From Candidatus Nanopelagicaceae bacterium (GTDB lineage Bacteria; Chloroflexota; Dormibacteria; Aeolococcales; Bog-877), in assembly GCA_035531535.1 (NCBI GenBank), contig DATKSV010000003.1, positions 1 through 47,580 on the forward strand: a DNA stretch of 47,580 nt, read 5' to 3'. The notes beneath the pieces were generated by a model that saw nothing but the letters and a program-made list of their open reading frames with translations, searched no databases and was not told where the DNA came from. Positions 28,579-38,025 of this stretch are shown piece after piece. Numbering within the stretch: position 1 is the stretch's first letter; each line of letters begins with the position of its first letter. A program made the translations under genes and the position numbers.

Positions 28579-28659
28579 CCCAGCTGCCAACCGCCCCGCC
28601 ACGGCGCCGCCGACAGCTGTCCCGCCCGAAACCATGGGGACAGAGCGCCGCCCACGACC

Positions 28660-29316
28660 CTACAGGGCCGCCTCCGAGGTGGTCGGCGAGACCAGGAAGA
28701 TCCAGACGTCCCAGATCATGTGGCTGGCGATCAGGGCGGGCATGGGAACTCCGGCGGCGGCCAGGCCCGACCACCCGGCCCCGGCCATGGTGGCAGCCCC
28801 GACCAAGGTGGGGTTGCCAGTGCAGAGGTGCGCTCCGCCGTAGAGCGCGGTGGCCAGGGCGGCTCCGCGAGCCGGGCCGAACCGCCTCGAGAGCTCACCC
28901 TGCAGCAGCCCCCTCCAGAAGAGCTCCTCCGCGGGCGCCACCACCAGGGCCAGGCGGAGGGCCAGCTCCGACGCCGGCCGCAGCTGGCGCAGCTGGTAGA
29001 TGTTGCCGATGTCCTGGGCGCCCTTGGGCATCACCACCCGAGCGGCCCTGTCCCCGACCATGAACACGCCGTAGAGCCCGGCCGCGATCGCTCCCCCGAG
29101 GGCGAGGTCGGCGGCACGAGCCCGCTGGTGCCGCAGGGAGCGGTCGCCCACCAGCGCGGCCGAGCCCAGGACGAGGCCGGTTTTGGTCATGCGCTGCCAG
29201 AAGCGGGCCCGGGGCCCCCGAAAGGTGGCCACGAAGGCGGAGTAGGCGATCACGGTGCTCCCGGCCACGAACCAGGAGCCCCGCGAGCCCGCGTATGCCG
29301 GTCGCGTGAGGGTCAT
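28660..29316 (-). CDS. CPBP-family intramembrane glutamic endopeptidase (CAAX protease).
   Basis: 219 aa from MTLTRPAYAGS with a GGGGAGG RBS. CPBP motifs are present (EELFWRGLL, and a His in LYGGAHL). The longer track ORF has an Arg/Gly-rich spurious N-terminus and was trimmed. Confidence 0.75.
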   Translation of the reverse strand: MTLTRPAYAGSRGSWFVAGSTVIAYSAFVATFRGPRARFWQRMTKTGLVLGSAALVGDRSLRHQRARAADLALGGAIAAGLYGVFMVGDRAARVVMPKGAQDIGNIYQLRQLRPASELALRLALVVAPAEELFWRGLLQGELSRRFGPARGAALATALYGGAHLCTGNPTLVGAATMAGAGWSGLAAAGVPMPALIASHMIWDVWIFLVSPTTSEAAL

Positions 29317-29420
29317 CTGCGCCTCCCCGAAATGCCGCCGCCGCGGCTGCCCGCGAACCTCGAGCACCACCTTATCAAGCCGGGATCCGGGGCCCGGCCC
29401 CGCCATCGTCCGGGGTCGGA

Positions 29421-31400
29421 TCAGGGGTTCCAGAGCGCGGTCGCGGCCAGCCCCGCCACCAACAGCAGCCCGAAGGTCATGTGGAGCTGGGCGGTCTGGA
29501 GGTCGATCATGGAGATCGCCCTCTGCTGACCCGTGGCCCCCAGCTCGGAGGCGCGCATGGCCCGCACGAAGAGCGGCAGGGAGAGGAAGGCCAGCAGGCT
29601 GAGCCGAGGCAGGGCACCCACCGCGACCGCCGCCGCCAGAGCCACATAGGCGCCCACCAGGAGAAAGACGTAGAGGGCGTGGGCCGCCCGCCGGCCGGCC
29701 CTGATGGAGACCGTGCTGATCCCGGCCCGAGCGTCCTCTCCGATGTCGCGCCACTCGTTGCCGTGGAGGATGGCGGTCACCAGAAGGCCGATGGGGATGC
29801 TGGCCACGCCAGCGGTCAAGGACCAGGTGCCGGTGACCGTGTAGTAGCCGCCCATGACCATGAGCGGCCCCATCAGCAGGAACACCAGGGGCAGCCCGGC
29901 CGCTCGGTACTTGTACTGCAGCGGAGGGGCGGTGTAGCCCCAGCCGCCAACCAGCCCGATGACACCCAGCAGGGCCAGCTCCCAGCCTCGGACCGTGATC
30001 AGCCAGACCCCGACCCCAGTCGCGAGCAGGAAGGCGAGCGCGGCCAGGATGAAGGCGGCTCTCTCGGTTACGCGTCCGGTCACCAGAGCCAGGCTGGCCC
30101 GGGGCGAGGTGATGGCGTCTATCCCCTTGCGAACATCGTAGATCTCGTTGATGACGTTGGTGCCGACCTGGAGCATCACCCCACCCAAGAAGGCGGCCGC
30201 GAAGAGCGGCCAGTTCATGGCGTGGTCGGCCAGGGCCAGGCCGCCCGCCGCCGCCACCGGAATGGCGGACGCGGTCAGGCTGAAGGGGCGCAGGATCTCC
30301 AGCCAGCCCCGGGCCCGCCGGCCCAGGCCGATCCCGGTCTCGCTGCTGAGAGCGGCCCTCCGGGAGGTGGCGGCGGTGCCGGCCACCAGGTCCCCCGAGC
30401 TGGCGTAGAGGAGGGCGGCGTCGACCACCTCCTCCACCTGGTCATCCTCCTGGAGCACCGGCTGGAGGATGGGCAGGGTCATGCCCGCATCCCGGAAGCG
30501 CTGGGCCCCGGCCGCTATCTCCTCTCGGGTGCCGCACAGCAGGAAGGCGTCGACCAGCTCATCGGGGATGATCCGGGCCGCCCCGTGGTAGTCCTCCGCC
30601 CGCCAGGCGGTGGCGATGGCCTGGCGCAGAGCCGGGTCCAGGCCCGCCCGGCGCATGGCGAAGTCCGACTGGACGGATAGCATGTAGATGACGAAGGGCT
30701 CGCGCTTGGCCCGGTCGAGTGCGGCCCGGCGGCTGGAGTCGGCCAGGGCCAGCAGGTACCCGCCCACCTCCACCACCCCCGGAGGACGTCCCGCCGCCAA
30801 CTCGGCCGCCCGGATCCGGCGCACGGCCAGCTGGAGCGCCGGAAGGGACTCGGCCGGTCGCGCCAGAAACCCGTCCGCACTCCGCCCCGCCAGCTCGTGA
30901 AAGCCCCGGCGGTAGCCGGCAACCCAGATCGGGACGTGGTGCAGGGGGGGGAACATGGGCTCGATCTCGGGTAGTCCCGGCGCGGTTGGCAGGCGCTCGC
31001 CGGACCAGAGCTTGCGCAGTTCGAAGATGGTGGTCTCCACCTTGGCGGTGGCCAGGTCGGGATCGTAGTCGTAGCCCATCTGGCGGAGGCGCAGGGGCAG
31101 GGCGGACCCCAGGGCCAGCACGACCCGCCCCGGCGCCAGGTCATCGAGCGCACTCACGGTCATGGCGATCAGGACCGGGTGGCGGGTGTTGGGGTTGATC
31201 GCTCCCAGCGCCACCCGGATGCCGGGGACGGCGGCCGCCACCGCTGTCGTGTAGGTCACCGCATCCCGCTCGAAGTAGGACTCGTGGAACCACACCGAGT
31301 CCAGGCCGGCGCTGCCGGCGCGTTCGGCGTGGCGCACAGCGTCGCGGACATCGCCGTGGGAGGCGAGTCCCAGGCCCACCGGCCGGACTAGCGCGGCCAT
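29421..31400 (-). CDS. Fusion protein with an N-terminal LLM (luciferase-like, probably F420-dependent) oxidoreductase domain and a C-terminal UbiA-family (MenA-like) prenyltransferase domain.
   Basis: A single 659-aa frame. Residues 1-330 or so carry LLM motifs (GLDSVWFHESYF, VVLALGSALPL). Residues 390-659 or so are polytopic membrane with the UbiA Asp-rich motif region (NVINEIYDVRKGID). Confidence 0.7.
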   Translation of the reverse strand: MAALVRPVGLGLASHGDVRDAVRHAERAGSAGLDSVWFHESYFERDAVTYTTAVAAAVPGIRVALGAINPNTRHPVLIAMTVSALDDLAPGRVVLALGSALPLRLRQMGYDYDPDLATAKVETTIFELRKLWSGERLPTAPGLPEIEPMFPPLHHVPIWVAGYRRGFHELAGRSADGFLARPAESLPALQLAVRRIRAAELAAGRPPGVVEVGGYLLALADSSRRAALDRAKREPFVIYMLSVQSDFAMRRAGLDPALRQAIATAWRAEDYHGAARIIPDELVDAFLLCGTREEIAAGAQRFRDAGMTLPILQPVLQEDDQVEEVVDAALLYASSGDLVAGTAATSRRAALSSETGIGLGRRARGWLEILRPFSLTASAIPVAAAGGLALADHAMNWPLFAAAFLGGVMLQVGTNVINEIYDVRKGIDAITSPRASLALVTGRVTERAAFILAALAFLLATGVGVWLITVRGWELALLGVIGLVGGWGYTAPPLQYKYRAAGLPLVFLLMGPLMVMGGYYTVTGTWSLTAGVASIPIGLLVTAILHGNEWRDIGEDARAGISTVSIRAGRRAAHALYVFLLVGAYVALAAAVAVGALPRLSLLAFLSLPLFVRAMRASELGATGQQRAISMIDLQTAQLHMTFGLLLVAGLAATALWNP

Positions 31401-31607
31401 GCAGCCGCCCCCAGCGCCAGGCCGCTTGATGAACGTGCCCGCGAAAGACCGGTCGGGTGGGGAGCCATGCCGCCCAGATTAGCTGCTGGAGACGCGCGGC
31501 TCGGTTCCCTTGCTCCAGCCAGCTGACGCCGCTGCCGTCTCCCCGGCACAGTCATTCCAAGCGAAGGCCAGGGGCTGAAATCGAGGTGGGAGCGGTGGTG
31601 CCGGCAG

Positions 31608-31880
31608 CTAGGCCGGAGGCTGTCCCCCCCGCCTCAGGGCGGCCAGCCGACGCTGGTACTCCTCCTCGTCGATCTCGCCCATGGCCAGCCTCCGGGCCAG
31701 AATCTGCTCCGGCGCCTGAGGGTCACTCTGGGGCCGCCAAGGGCCGCGGGCCCGACCGCTGAGGGCCGCTATGCCCCAGACCACCAGGACCAAGAAGATC
31801 ACCATGAAGACCGCCATCACGATCAGCCACACCCACTGGCCCGATCCGTACCCACCGTACCCGTACATTGCTCTAATCAC
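31608..31880 (-). CDS. SHOCT-domain membrane protein.
   Basis: 90 aa with an N-terminal TM helix (WVWLIVMAVFMVIFLVLVVWGIAAL) and a C-terminal SHOCT motif (ILARRLAMGEIDEEEYQRRLAALR). Confidence 0.7.
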   Translation of the reverse strand: MIRAMYGYGGYGSGQWVWLIVMAVFMVIFLVLVVWGIAALSGRARGPWRPQSDPQAPEQILARRLAMGEIDEEEYQRRLAALRRGGQPPA

Positions 31881-32335
31881 CTCGTGTTCGGTTGGCGAAC
31901 GAGCCGGCGATCGGACGCCTCAGAGGAGCGCTCGTCCTCGCCCGGAACCCGCCCGCGTCCATCCGCTGATTCTGCGCTGGGAGGCGGCCGCGGCATCGAT
32001 TCGGAAGCTGCCGCCGGCTGGACCTACAGACTCCACCGTGGGGGCGTTGGTGCCCGGCCCCCTGTCCGCGAACCGAGTGCTCGAGGCGGATGCCGTCGCG
32101 GCGACACCGCCCCACGCCGGAGCGCCGGAGAGATGGGCCAGGGCGTCCGCGCTGACCCGCCCAGAGACGACCATGCCTCGATCATGGACGCTGCCGACGG
32201 CGGCTCCCAGGGGGATTTCAACGGGGCAGAATCAGGGGGATCCACGCGCGGGCAGCGGGATCTCGCCGTGCCACAATCACTCTGCAGTCATCCCCAACCA
32301 CGGCCCGCGCGTGACTGCTGAGGTCACTCCAGCCA

Positions 32336-34258
32336 ATGCCAACCAGCCGACCCGGCGCCGTTTCCAGGGCGTGGCGGCGAGTGTTCGAGCCCGACCTTAT
32401 CCTGCTCCATGCGCCCTCGGTCTGGGACTTCCGCCAGGAGGTGATCCTGCAGGGTCCGCTTGCGGACGTGATCCCCTCCACCGACGAGTTCGAGATGTAC
32501 CCGATCGGACTCACCAGCATTGGCGGTTACCTGGAGCTCAACCACTACAACGTCCGCATCCTCAACATCGCCTACCGGATGCTGCGCGAGCCCAGCTACG
32601 ATGTCGCCAGCCATCTCCGCAAACTGCACTCCCCAGTTTTCGGCATCGACCTGCACTGGCTCCCCCATGCCAACGGCGCGCTGGGGATCGCCGATCTGGT
32701 CAAGCAGGTGCATCCCGACTCCAAGGTGTTACTCGGCGGCCTCTCCGCCAGCTACTTCCACCGGGAGCTGATCGCGAACCCGGCGGTCGATTTCGTGCTG
32801 CGAGGAGACTCCACCGAGGAGCCCTGCCGTCAGCTGCTGCAGGCGCTGCGCGAGGGATCGCCTCTGGAGCGGGTCCAGAACCTGACCTGGAAACGGCCCG
32901 ACGGAGAGGTGGTCGTGAACCCGCTCACATTCATCCCGGCCAACCTGGACTGGATCGACGTCCCCGCCTATGACTTCATGCTCCACGCGGTCTTCAAATA
33001 CCGCAGCCTCGCCGACTTCGTGCCCTATGCGGAGTGGCTGCAGTACCCCAGCACCATGGTGCTGAACGCCCGCGGCTGCCCCTACAACTGCTCCATCTGC
33101 GGCGGTTCCAGGTCGGGCTACCAGATTGTGGCCGGCCGGGCCCGGGCCGCCTATCGATCGCCCGAGAAGCTGGTTGCCGACATGCGCCGGATAGCCACCT
33201 TCTCGCGGGCCCCGATCTTCATGGTCCACGACCCCAGGGTGGGAGGGGTGGAGCGCGCCCAGCGGATCTTCGAACTGGTTGGCCGAGCCGAGATCCCCAA
33301 TGAGCTGACCATCGAGCTGTTCTACCCCGCCGGTCCCGACTTCTTCGCCATGGTTCGCAAGGCCACCAGGTGGTGGAGTCTGGAGATAACCATCGAGTCG
33401 CCCGACTACGAGATCCGCAAGGTCAACGGCAAGTTCCCGGTGTCGAACGCCGCCGTGGAGGAGACGATAGCGGCCGCCCTCGATCAGGGCTGCGAGAAGC
33501 TGGACCTCTTCTTCATGGTGGGGCTGCCCCGCCAGACTCCCGCCGACGCCCTGGCCACGGTCGACTACTGCCGGCACCTGGTCGAGCGCTTCCACGCCGA
33601 CAAGAGGCTGCAGTTCTACGTCGCCCCTCTGGGGCCATTCCTGGATCCGGGCAGCCGCGGCTTCGAGCAACCCGAGCTCGGCTATCACCGCCGCTTCACC
33701 ACCCTGGAGGAGCACCGTCAAGCCCTGCTCGGGCCCACCTGGCGGGAGATGCTCTCCTACGAGACTGACTGGATGACGAGGGAGCAGATCGTGGACACCA
33801 CCTACCGGGTCGCGGCCGGGATCAACGAGCTCAAGTTCGCATCCGGACTGATCGACGCCACCACCCACAACACCGTGGTCACGCATCTGGGGGCGGCCCG
33901 CGAGGTCCTGGCCGAGGTTGACAGAATCCTGCTACTGCCAAAGGCGGAGCAGGATGCCCGGCTGCGCACCCTGAAGGCCAAGACGGAGACCGCCAACACC
34001 GCCACCATGAACGGCAGCCAGGAGCTTAAGTGGCATTCGGCCACCGGGTTCCGGGTGAGCCGGCTCCTGGTCCGGCATCTGCTGGCGGCATTCCCACGGG
34101 AGGGCCAGCACGGCTGGGCGCGGCTGCTGGGGCATTACGACACGGCCGTCGCCCAGGTCAGATCCCTGCCGGAGCTGAGCGAACGGGTCAATGTAGGGCC
34201 TGGGGCCCCAGGCCCGCGGCCCCCAGAGGCCGCGCTCGCCGCTAGCTCTCGGGACTGA
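32336..34258 (+). CDS. B12-binding-domain radical SAM protein (class B rSAM).
   Basis: The N-terminal cobalamin-binding-like domain is followed by the rSAM cluster motif ARGCPYNCSICGG. The protein is about 640 aa. An alternative GTG start lies at 32381. Confidence 0.85.
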   Translation: MPTSRPGAVSRAWRRVFEPDLILLHAPSVWDFRQEVILQGPLADVIPSTDEFEMYPIGLTSIGGYLELNHYNVRILNIAYRMLREPSYDVASHLRKLHSPVFGIDLHWLPHANGALGIADLVKQVHPDSKVLLGGLSASYFHRELIANPAVDFVLRGDSTEEPCRQLLQALREGSPLERVQNLTWKRPDGEVVVNPLTFIPANLDWIDVPAYDFMLHAVFKYRSLADFVPYAEWLQYPSTMVLNARGCPYNCSICGGSRSGYQIVAGRARAAYRSPEKLVADMRRIATFSRAPIFMVHDPRVGGVERAQRIFELVGRAEIPNELTIELFYPAGPDFFAMVRKATRWWSLEITIESPDYEIRKVNGKFPVSNAAVEETIAAALDQGCEKLDLFFMVGLPRQTPADALATVDYCRHLVERFHADKRLQFYVAPLGPFLDPGSRGFEQPELGYHRRFTTLEEHRQALLGPTWREMLSYETDWMTREQIVDTTYRVAAGINELKFASGLIDATTHNTVVTHLGAAREVLAEVDRILLLPKAEQDARLRTLKAKTETANTATMNGSQELKWHSATGFRVSRLLVRHLLAAFPREGQHGWARLLGHYDTAVAQVRSLPELSERVNVGPGAPGPRPPEAALAASSRD

Positions 34259-34982
34259 AAGCTGGCAAGACCCGAGCCGGCACCGGGGTCTCCAAGCAGC
34301 CGCCGCGGCCGTCGGGAATGACGCGGTAGCCGCCGGCGCCAGCCTCCTCGGCCACCACCTCTGCCAGCTCGTCATCGACGAAGTGGACCGCGGCGCCATC
34401 GTCGCAGGCCAGCCCGGCGGGGAGAGTCCCGTCGGCCACCAGCCGTTGAAAGGTGGGCCGCCGGCTCGGCTCGAAGCGGTAGTGGGGAGAGTAGCTGCCG
34501 GCCAGCAGGCCGATGCCATCCCGAAAGGGCCGGAGCTCGGGGCCGAAGGAATCGGTGGTGCCGCTCTCGAACCAGCAGATGGCGCCGGCGCTGACACCTG
34601 CGAGCACGATCCCCCGCTCCCAGGCCGTGCGCAGCACCGAATCCAGGCCATGAGCCCGCCACACCGCCAGCATGTTGGCGACGCTGCCGCCGCCCACCAG
34701 GATCAGGTCCTGGGCCAGCAGCAGCGCCGCTGGGTCGGCAACGTTGGGCTGGGGGAAGAGGGTCAGATGGCTGCTAACGCAGGGCGTCTTTGCCAGCATC
34801 CGGTGCGCCTCGAGCACCCATCGGAGGTCCGGCTCATTGGCCGTGGGCAGCATGCACAGGCGCGGCTCGGGCCGGCCGGTCAGGTGGATCGCGTACTCCA
34901 CCAGCCGGGGCAGGCGCCCCTCCGCAGGGCTTGCCGCCAGCCCGCCGATCGCCAGAACGTGCCTGTGTCCGTCGGCTGCCAC
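34242..34982 (-). CDS. Peptidase S51 / type-1 glutamine-amidotransferase-like (dipeptidase E / cyanophycinase family) protein.
   Basis: Motifs LILVGGGSVANMLAVW and VLAGVSAGAICWFESG (Ser nucleophile elbow). It is convergent with the rSAM gene. Confidence 0.7.
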   Translation of the reverse strand: MAADGHRHVLAIGGLAASPAEGRLPRLVEYAIHLTGRPEPRLCMLPTANEPDLRWVLEAHRMLAKTPCVSSHLTLFPQPNVADPAALLLAQDLILVGGGSVANMLAVWRAHGLDSVLRTAWERGIVLAGVSAGAICWFESGTTDSFGPELRPFRDGIGLLAGSYSPHYRFEPSRRPTFQRLVADGTLPAGLACDDGAAVHFVDDELAEVVAEEAGAGGYRVIPDGRGGCLETPVPARVLPAFSPES

Positions 34983-35171
34983 CAGCCCAGCTTAGAGAGC
35001 GCCCGGGGGTCGGTGGTGGGCGCGACCCAGCCGGGTGGAGGCGGTGCGGCTGGCGCTATACTGCCTCCAGCGCGACCTTGAAGCCGGTCCAGCGAGGCCG
35101 ACAAGGAGCTGGGCGGCTTTTGTGGGCCGCCGCCGCCTTGCGACCCGGCTGGACCTCACGGGAGGCTGGCC

Positions 35172-36119
35172 ATGATGGTGCAGGGGAAAGTTTCGGCTGG
35201 GCTACGCCACGTGATCTCGGCCAGCCAGTTTGATCCCCTCCTGGTGGAGGATCTCTTCCAGCGCACCCGCTCCATGGAGGCCCTGCTGGAGGGCCGCCAG
35301 CTAGGGCCTCTGGGGGGCCGCATCATGGCCACCATCTTCTACGAGCCCAGCACCCGGACCAGGCTCAGCTTCGAGACCGCGATGCTGCGCCTGGGCGGCC
35401 AGGTGGTGGGCACCGAGAATGCCCGCGACTTCTCCTCCGCGGTCAAGGGCGAAACGCTGGAGGACACGGTGCGGATCGTGGGCGGCTACGCCGACTGCAT
35501 CGTGCTCCGGCACTCTGAGGAGGGGGCCGCCGCCCGGGCGGCGTCAGTCTCCCCGGTCCCGGTGATAAACGCCGGGGACGGCCCGGGGGAACACCCCACC
35601 CAGGCCCTACTCGACCTCTACACGATCTCGGCTGAGCTGGGGCGCCTGCACGATCTCCACGTGGTGCTGGTGGGGGACCTCGCCAACGGCAGGACCGTCC
35701 ACTCCCTGGCTCACCTGCTCGCCATGTACCCGGGTATGCGCCTGACGCTGGTAGCCCCCGGAAGGGTCAGGATGGGTGGCGATCTGATCTCCAGCCTGAG
35801 GCAGCGCGGGGTGCAGGTGGAACATGCCGAGGACCTCTTGCACGCGGTCGGCGGCGCCGACGTGGTCTACCAGACCAGGATTCAGACTGAGCGCCTCTCC
35901 GAGCCCTGGCTCGAGGCCGACGCGGAGCGGCAGCGGTTCGCGATCACCCCGGCGGTGATGCGGGCCCTGCCGGCGGGAGCGATTCTGATGCACCCGCTGC
36001 CCCGGGTGGGCGAGATCGATCCCGAGGTTGACAGTGACCCCAGGGCCGCCTACTTCCGTCAGGCCCGCAACGGGGTACCGGTGCGGATGGCGCTGTTGAG
36101 CCGGGTTCTGACGGCTTGA
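35172..36119 (+). CDS. pyrB: Aspartate carbamoyltransferase catalytic subunit.
   Basis: Motifs STRTRLSFETA, HPTQ and HPLPR identify an ATCase rather than an ornithine carbamoyltransferase. Confidence 0.9.
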   Translation: MMVQGKVSAGLRHVISASQFDPLLVEDLFQRTRSMEALLEGRQLGPLGGRIMATIFYEPSTRTRLSFETAMLRLGGQVVGTENARDFSSAVKGETLEDTVRIVGGYADCIVLRHSEEGAAARAASVSPVPVINAGDGPGEHPTQALLDLYTISAELGRLHDLHVVLVGDLANGRTVHSLAHLLAMYPGMRLTLVAPGRVRMGGDLISSLRQRGVQVEHAEDLLHAVGGADVVYQTRIQTERLSEPWLEADAERQRFAITPAVMRALPAGAILMHPLPRVGEIDPEVDSDPRAAYFRQARNGVPVRMALLSRVLTA

Positions 36120-36709
36120 CCGGCAGCCACCTGAAGGTGCCGCCCCACCAGCTTATTGCCGATGCCGACGAGGTTCAGCGCATCCTCTTCCGACTCTCCC
36201 GGGAGCTTCAGGAGCGGCACCGAGACCCAGCTCTCGTGACCCTTTGCGGGATCGTCACCCGGGGCGTTTTCCTGGCCGACCGCCTGCGCCGCATGATCGA
36301 GGAGCAGGGAGGTGGGAGCTGGGATGCAGTGAGCCTCGACGTCGGCCCCTACCGGGACGACGAGATCCGGCCCCAGGGGGCCAGCCGATCCGGAGGCATG
36401 CCCGACTTCCCGCTGCCCACGGCTACCGCGGAGAGGGTTCGCGACCGGGTGGTGGTGCTGGTTGATGACGTCTTCTATCACGGCCGGACTGTGCGGGCGG
36501 CCCTGGCGGCCCTGGCGGAGCTGGCCCGGCCCAGGGCGGTCGAGCTCCTGGTCCTGGTCGATCGGGGGCACCGCGAGCTGCCTCTTCGGGCCACCTACGT
36601 GGGCAAGAACATCCCCACCGCCCAGAACGAGCGGGTGGCGGTGACGGTGGTCGGCTGTGACGCCGACGACGCCATCCGGCTGGAGCGGTCCGAGGAGCCT
36701 AAGGCGTGA
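36116..36709 (+). CDS. pyrR: Bifunctional pyr operon regulator / uracil phosphoribosyltransferase PyrR.
   Basis: A TTG start overlaps the pyrB stop (TTGA). It carries the PRTase motif VVVLVDDVFYHGRTVRAAL and the PyrR C-terminus (ATYVGKNIPT). Confidence 0.85.
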   Translation: MTGSHLKVPPHQLIADADEVQRILFRLSRELQERHRDPALVTLCGIVTRGVFLADRLRRMIEEQGGGSWDAVSLDVGPYRDDEIRPQGASRSGGMPDFPLPTATAERVRDRVVVLVDDVFYHGRTVRAALAALAELARPRAVELLVLVDRGHRELPLRATYVGKNIPTAQNERVAVTVVGCDADDAIRLERSEEPKA

Positions 36710-38025
36710 AAGAGCTGCTACTTCGCAAGGTCCGGATCGTCGACCCCGTCGGGGGCAAGGACCGCGACAGCTACGACTTGCTGATCCGAGACGGGATCGT
36801 GGCCGAAATGGCGAGCAAGCTGGTCCTGCCCGCCGGCGGGGTGGTGCTGGAACGGCCCGGCAGCGTGGTCAGCCCCGCCTTCCTCGACCTCCACTGCCAC
36901 CTCCGTGAGCCCGGGCAGCCATGGAAGGAGCGCATCGCCAACGCCACCGCGGCGGCCGCGGCGGGCGGCTTCGGGGCGATCTGCGCCATGGCGAATCTGC
37001 AGCCGCCGCTGGACACTGAGCCGCGGCTGCGCCAGGCGCGCAGCAAGAACCGCTCCTGGGGCCGGATTCCCATCTTGCAGTTCGCAGCCTGCAGCACCGG
37101 CCTGCGCGGCCAGGAGCTGGTCGACATGGAGGGCCTGGTCGCCGCCGGCGCCGCTGGCTTCTCCGACGACGGCCGCCATGGCTGCGACCAGCGGATTCTG
37201 GCGGAGGGGCTGGCCCGCGCCCACTCCCTGGGCCGCCTCGTTGCCATTCACCCCGAGGACGAGCGCATCGTCGCCATGGCCAACGAATGGTCGGGGAGCG
37301 ACCCCACCGCCTGGAGCCTGCGTCCGGCGGAGGCGGAGGAGGCGGCGGTGACATCCGCGATCGCGGCGCTGCGGGATGCCGAGGTGGGCCGGCTCCACCT
37401 GCAGCACCTGACCACCGCCACCTCCGTGACCCTGGTTCGCCAGGCGAAGTCGGAAGGGCTGGCGCTGACGGCGGAGGTTACCCCCCATCACCTCATGCTC
37501 AGCGGCTTCCTGCGGGACCCCGACGTCCCCGGGCTCAATCTGACCTGCAACCCGCCGCTGCGCACGGAGGCGGATCGAGCCGCCCTCTGGGAGGGTCTGT
37601 TGGACGGCACCATCGACGCCATCGCCAGCGACCACGCTCCCCATGAGGTGCCCACCGATCCCCTGCAGAGGCGCCCGCCGGGGTTCAGCGGGGTCCAGGC
37701 CGTGCTCTCCGTGGTGCTCGGCCACCAGGATTCCGGCTCGCATCTGACCCGGATCGTGGCAGCTCTCAGCGCCGGCCCCCTCAGGGTCCTGGGGGCGGCC
37801 GCGGAAGGGCTCCCCAGCACCGGGATCCAGGTCGGCGAGCCGGCCCACCTCACCTGGTTCGATCCGGCCGGCAGATGGACCCCTGACCGGAGCTCATGGC
37901 TGTCGCTGGGAACCAACACCCCCTTCTGGCACCAGCAGCTGCGGGGCACCGTGCTGGCCACCTTCTCGCGCGGCCGGGCGGTGTACATAAGCCGCGGGCT
38001 GGGCGCGGAGATCGAACTTGACTGA
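36706..38025 (+). CDS. pyrC: Dihydroorotase.
   Basis: A GTG start overlaps the pyrR stop. Metal-ligand motifs are present (DLHCHLREPG, ASDHAPH). Confidence 0.9.
   Translation: MKELLLRKVRIVDPVGGKDRDSYDLLIRDGIVAEMASKLVLPAGGVVLERPGSVVSPAFLDLHCHLREPGQPWKERIANATAAAAAGGFGAICAMANLQPPLDTEPRLRQARSKNRSWGRIPILQFAACSTGLRGQELVDMEGLVAAGAAGFSDDGRHGCDQRILAEGLARAHSLGRLVAIHPEDERIVAMANEWSGSDPTAWSLRPAEAEEAAVTSAIAALRDAEVGRLHLQHLTTATSVTLVRQAKSEGLALTAEVTPHHLMLSGFLRDPDVPGLNLTCNPPLRTEADRAALWEGLLDGTIDAIASDHAPHEVPTDPLQRRPPGFSGVQAVLSVVLGHQDSGSHLTRIVAALSAGPLRVLGAAAEGLPSTGIQVGEPAHLTWFDPAGRWTPDRSSWLSLGTNTPFWHQQLRGTVLATFSRGRAVYISRGLGAEIELD

Noticed and set aside
29317-29754. The N-terminal extension of the 364-aa minus ORF.
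   Set aside because: It is an Arg/Gly-rich low-complexity run upstream of a good RBS plus ATG at 29316, where the CPBP topology begins.
31881-32335. A cobalamin riboswitch upstream of the B12-binding rSAM gene.
   Set aside because: I could not find the B12-box or the conserved riboswitch core by eye. It is left as an open check rather than a call.
31771-32973. A 400-aa + ORF overlapping the SHOCT gene and the rSAM start.
   Set aside because: It is out of frame with the rSAM protein and has Arg/Pro-rich composition without motifs.
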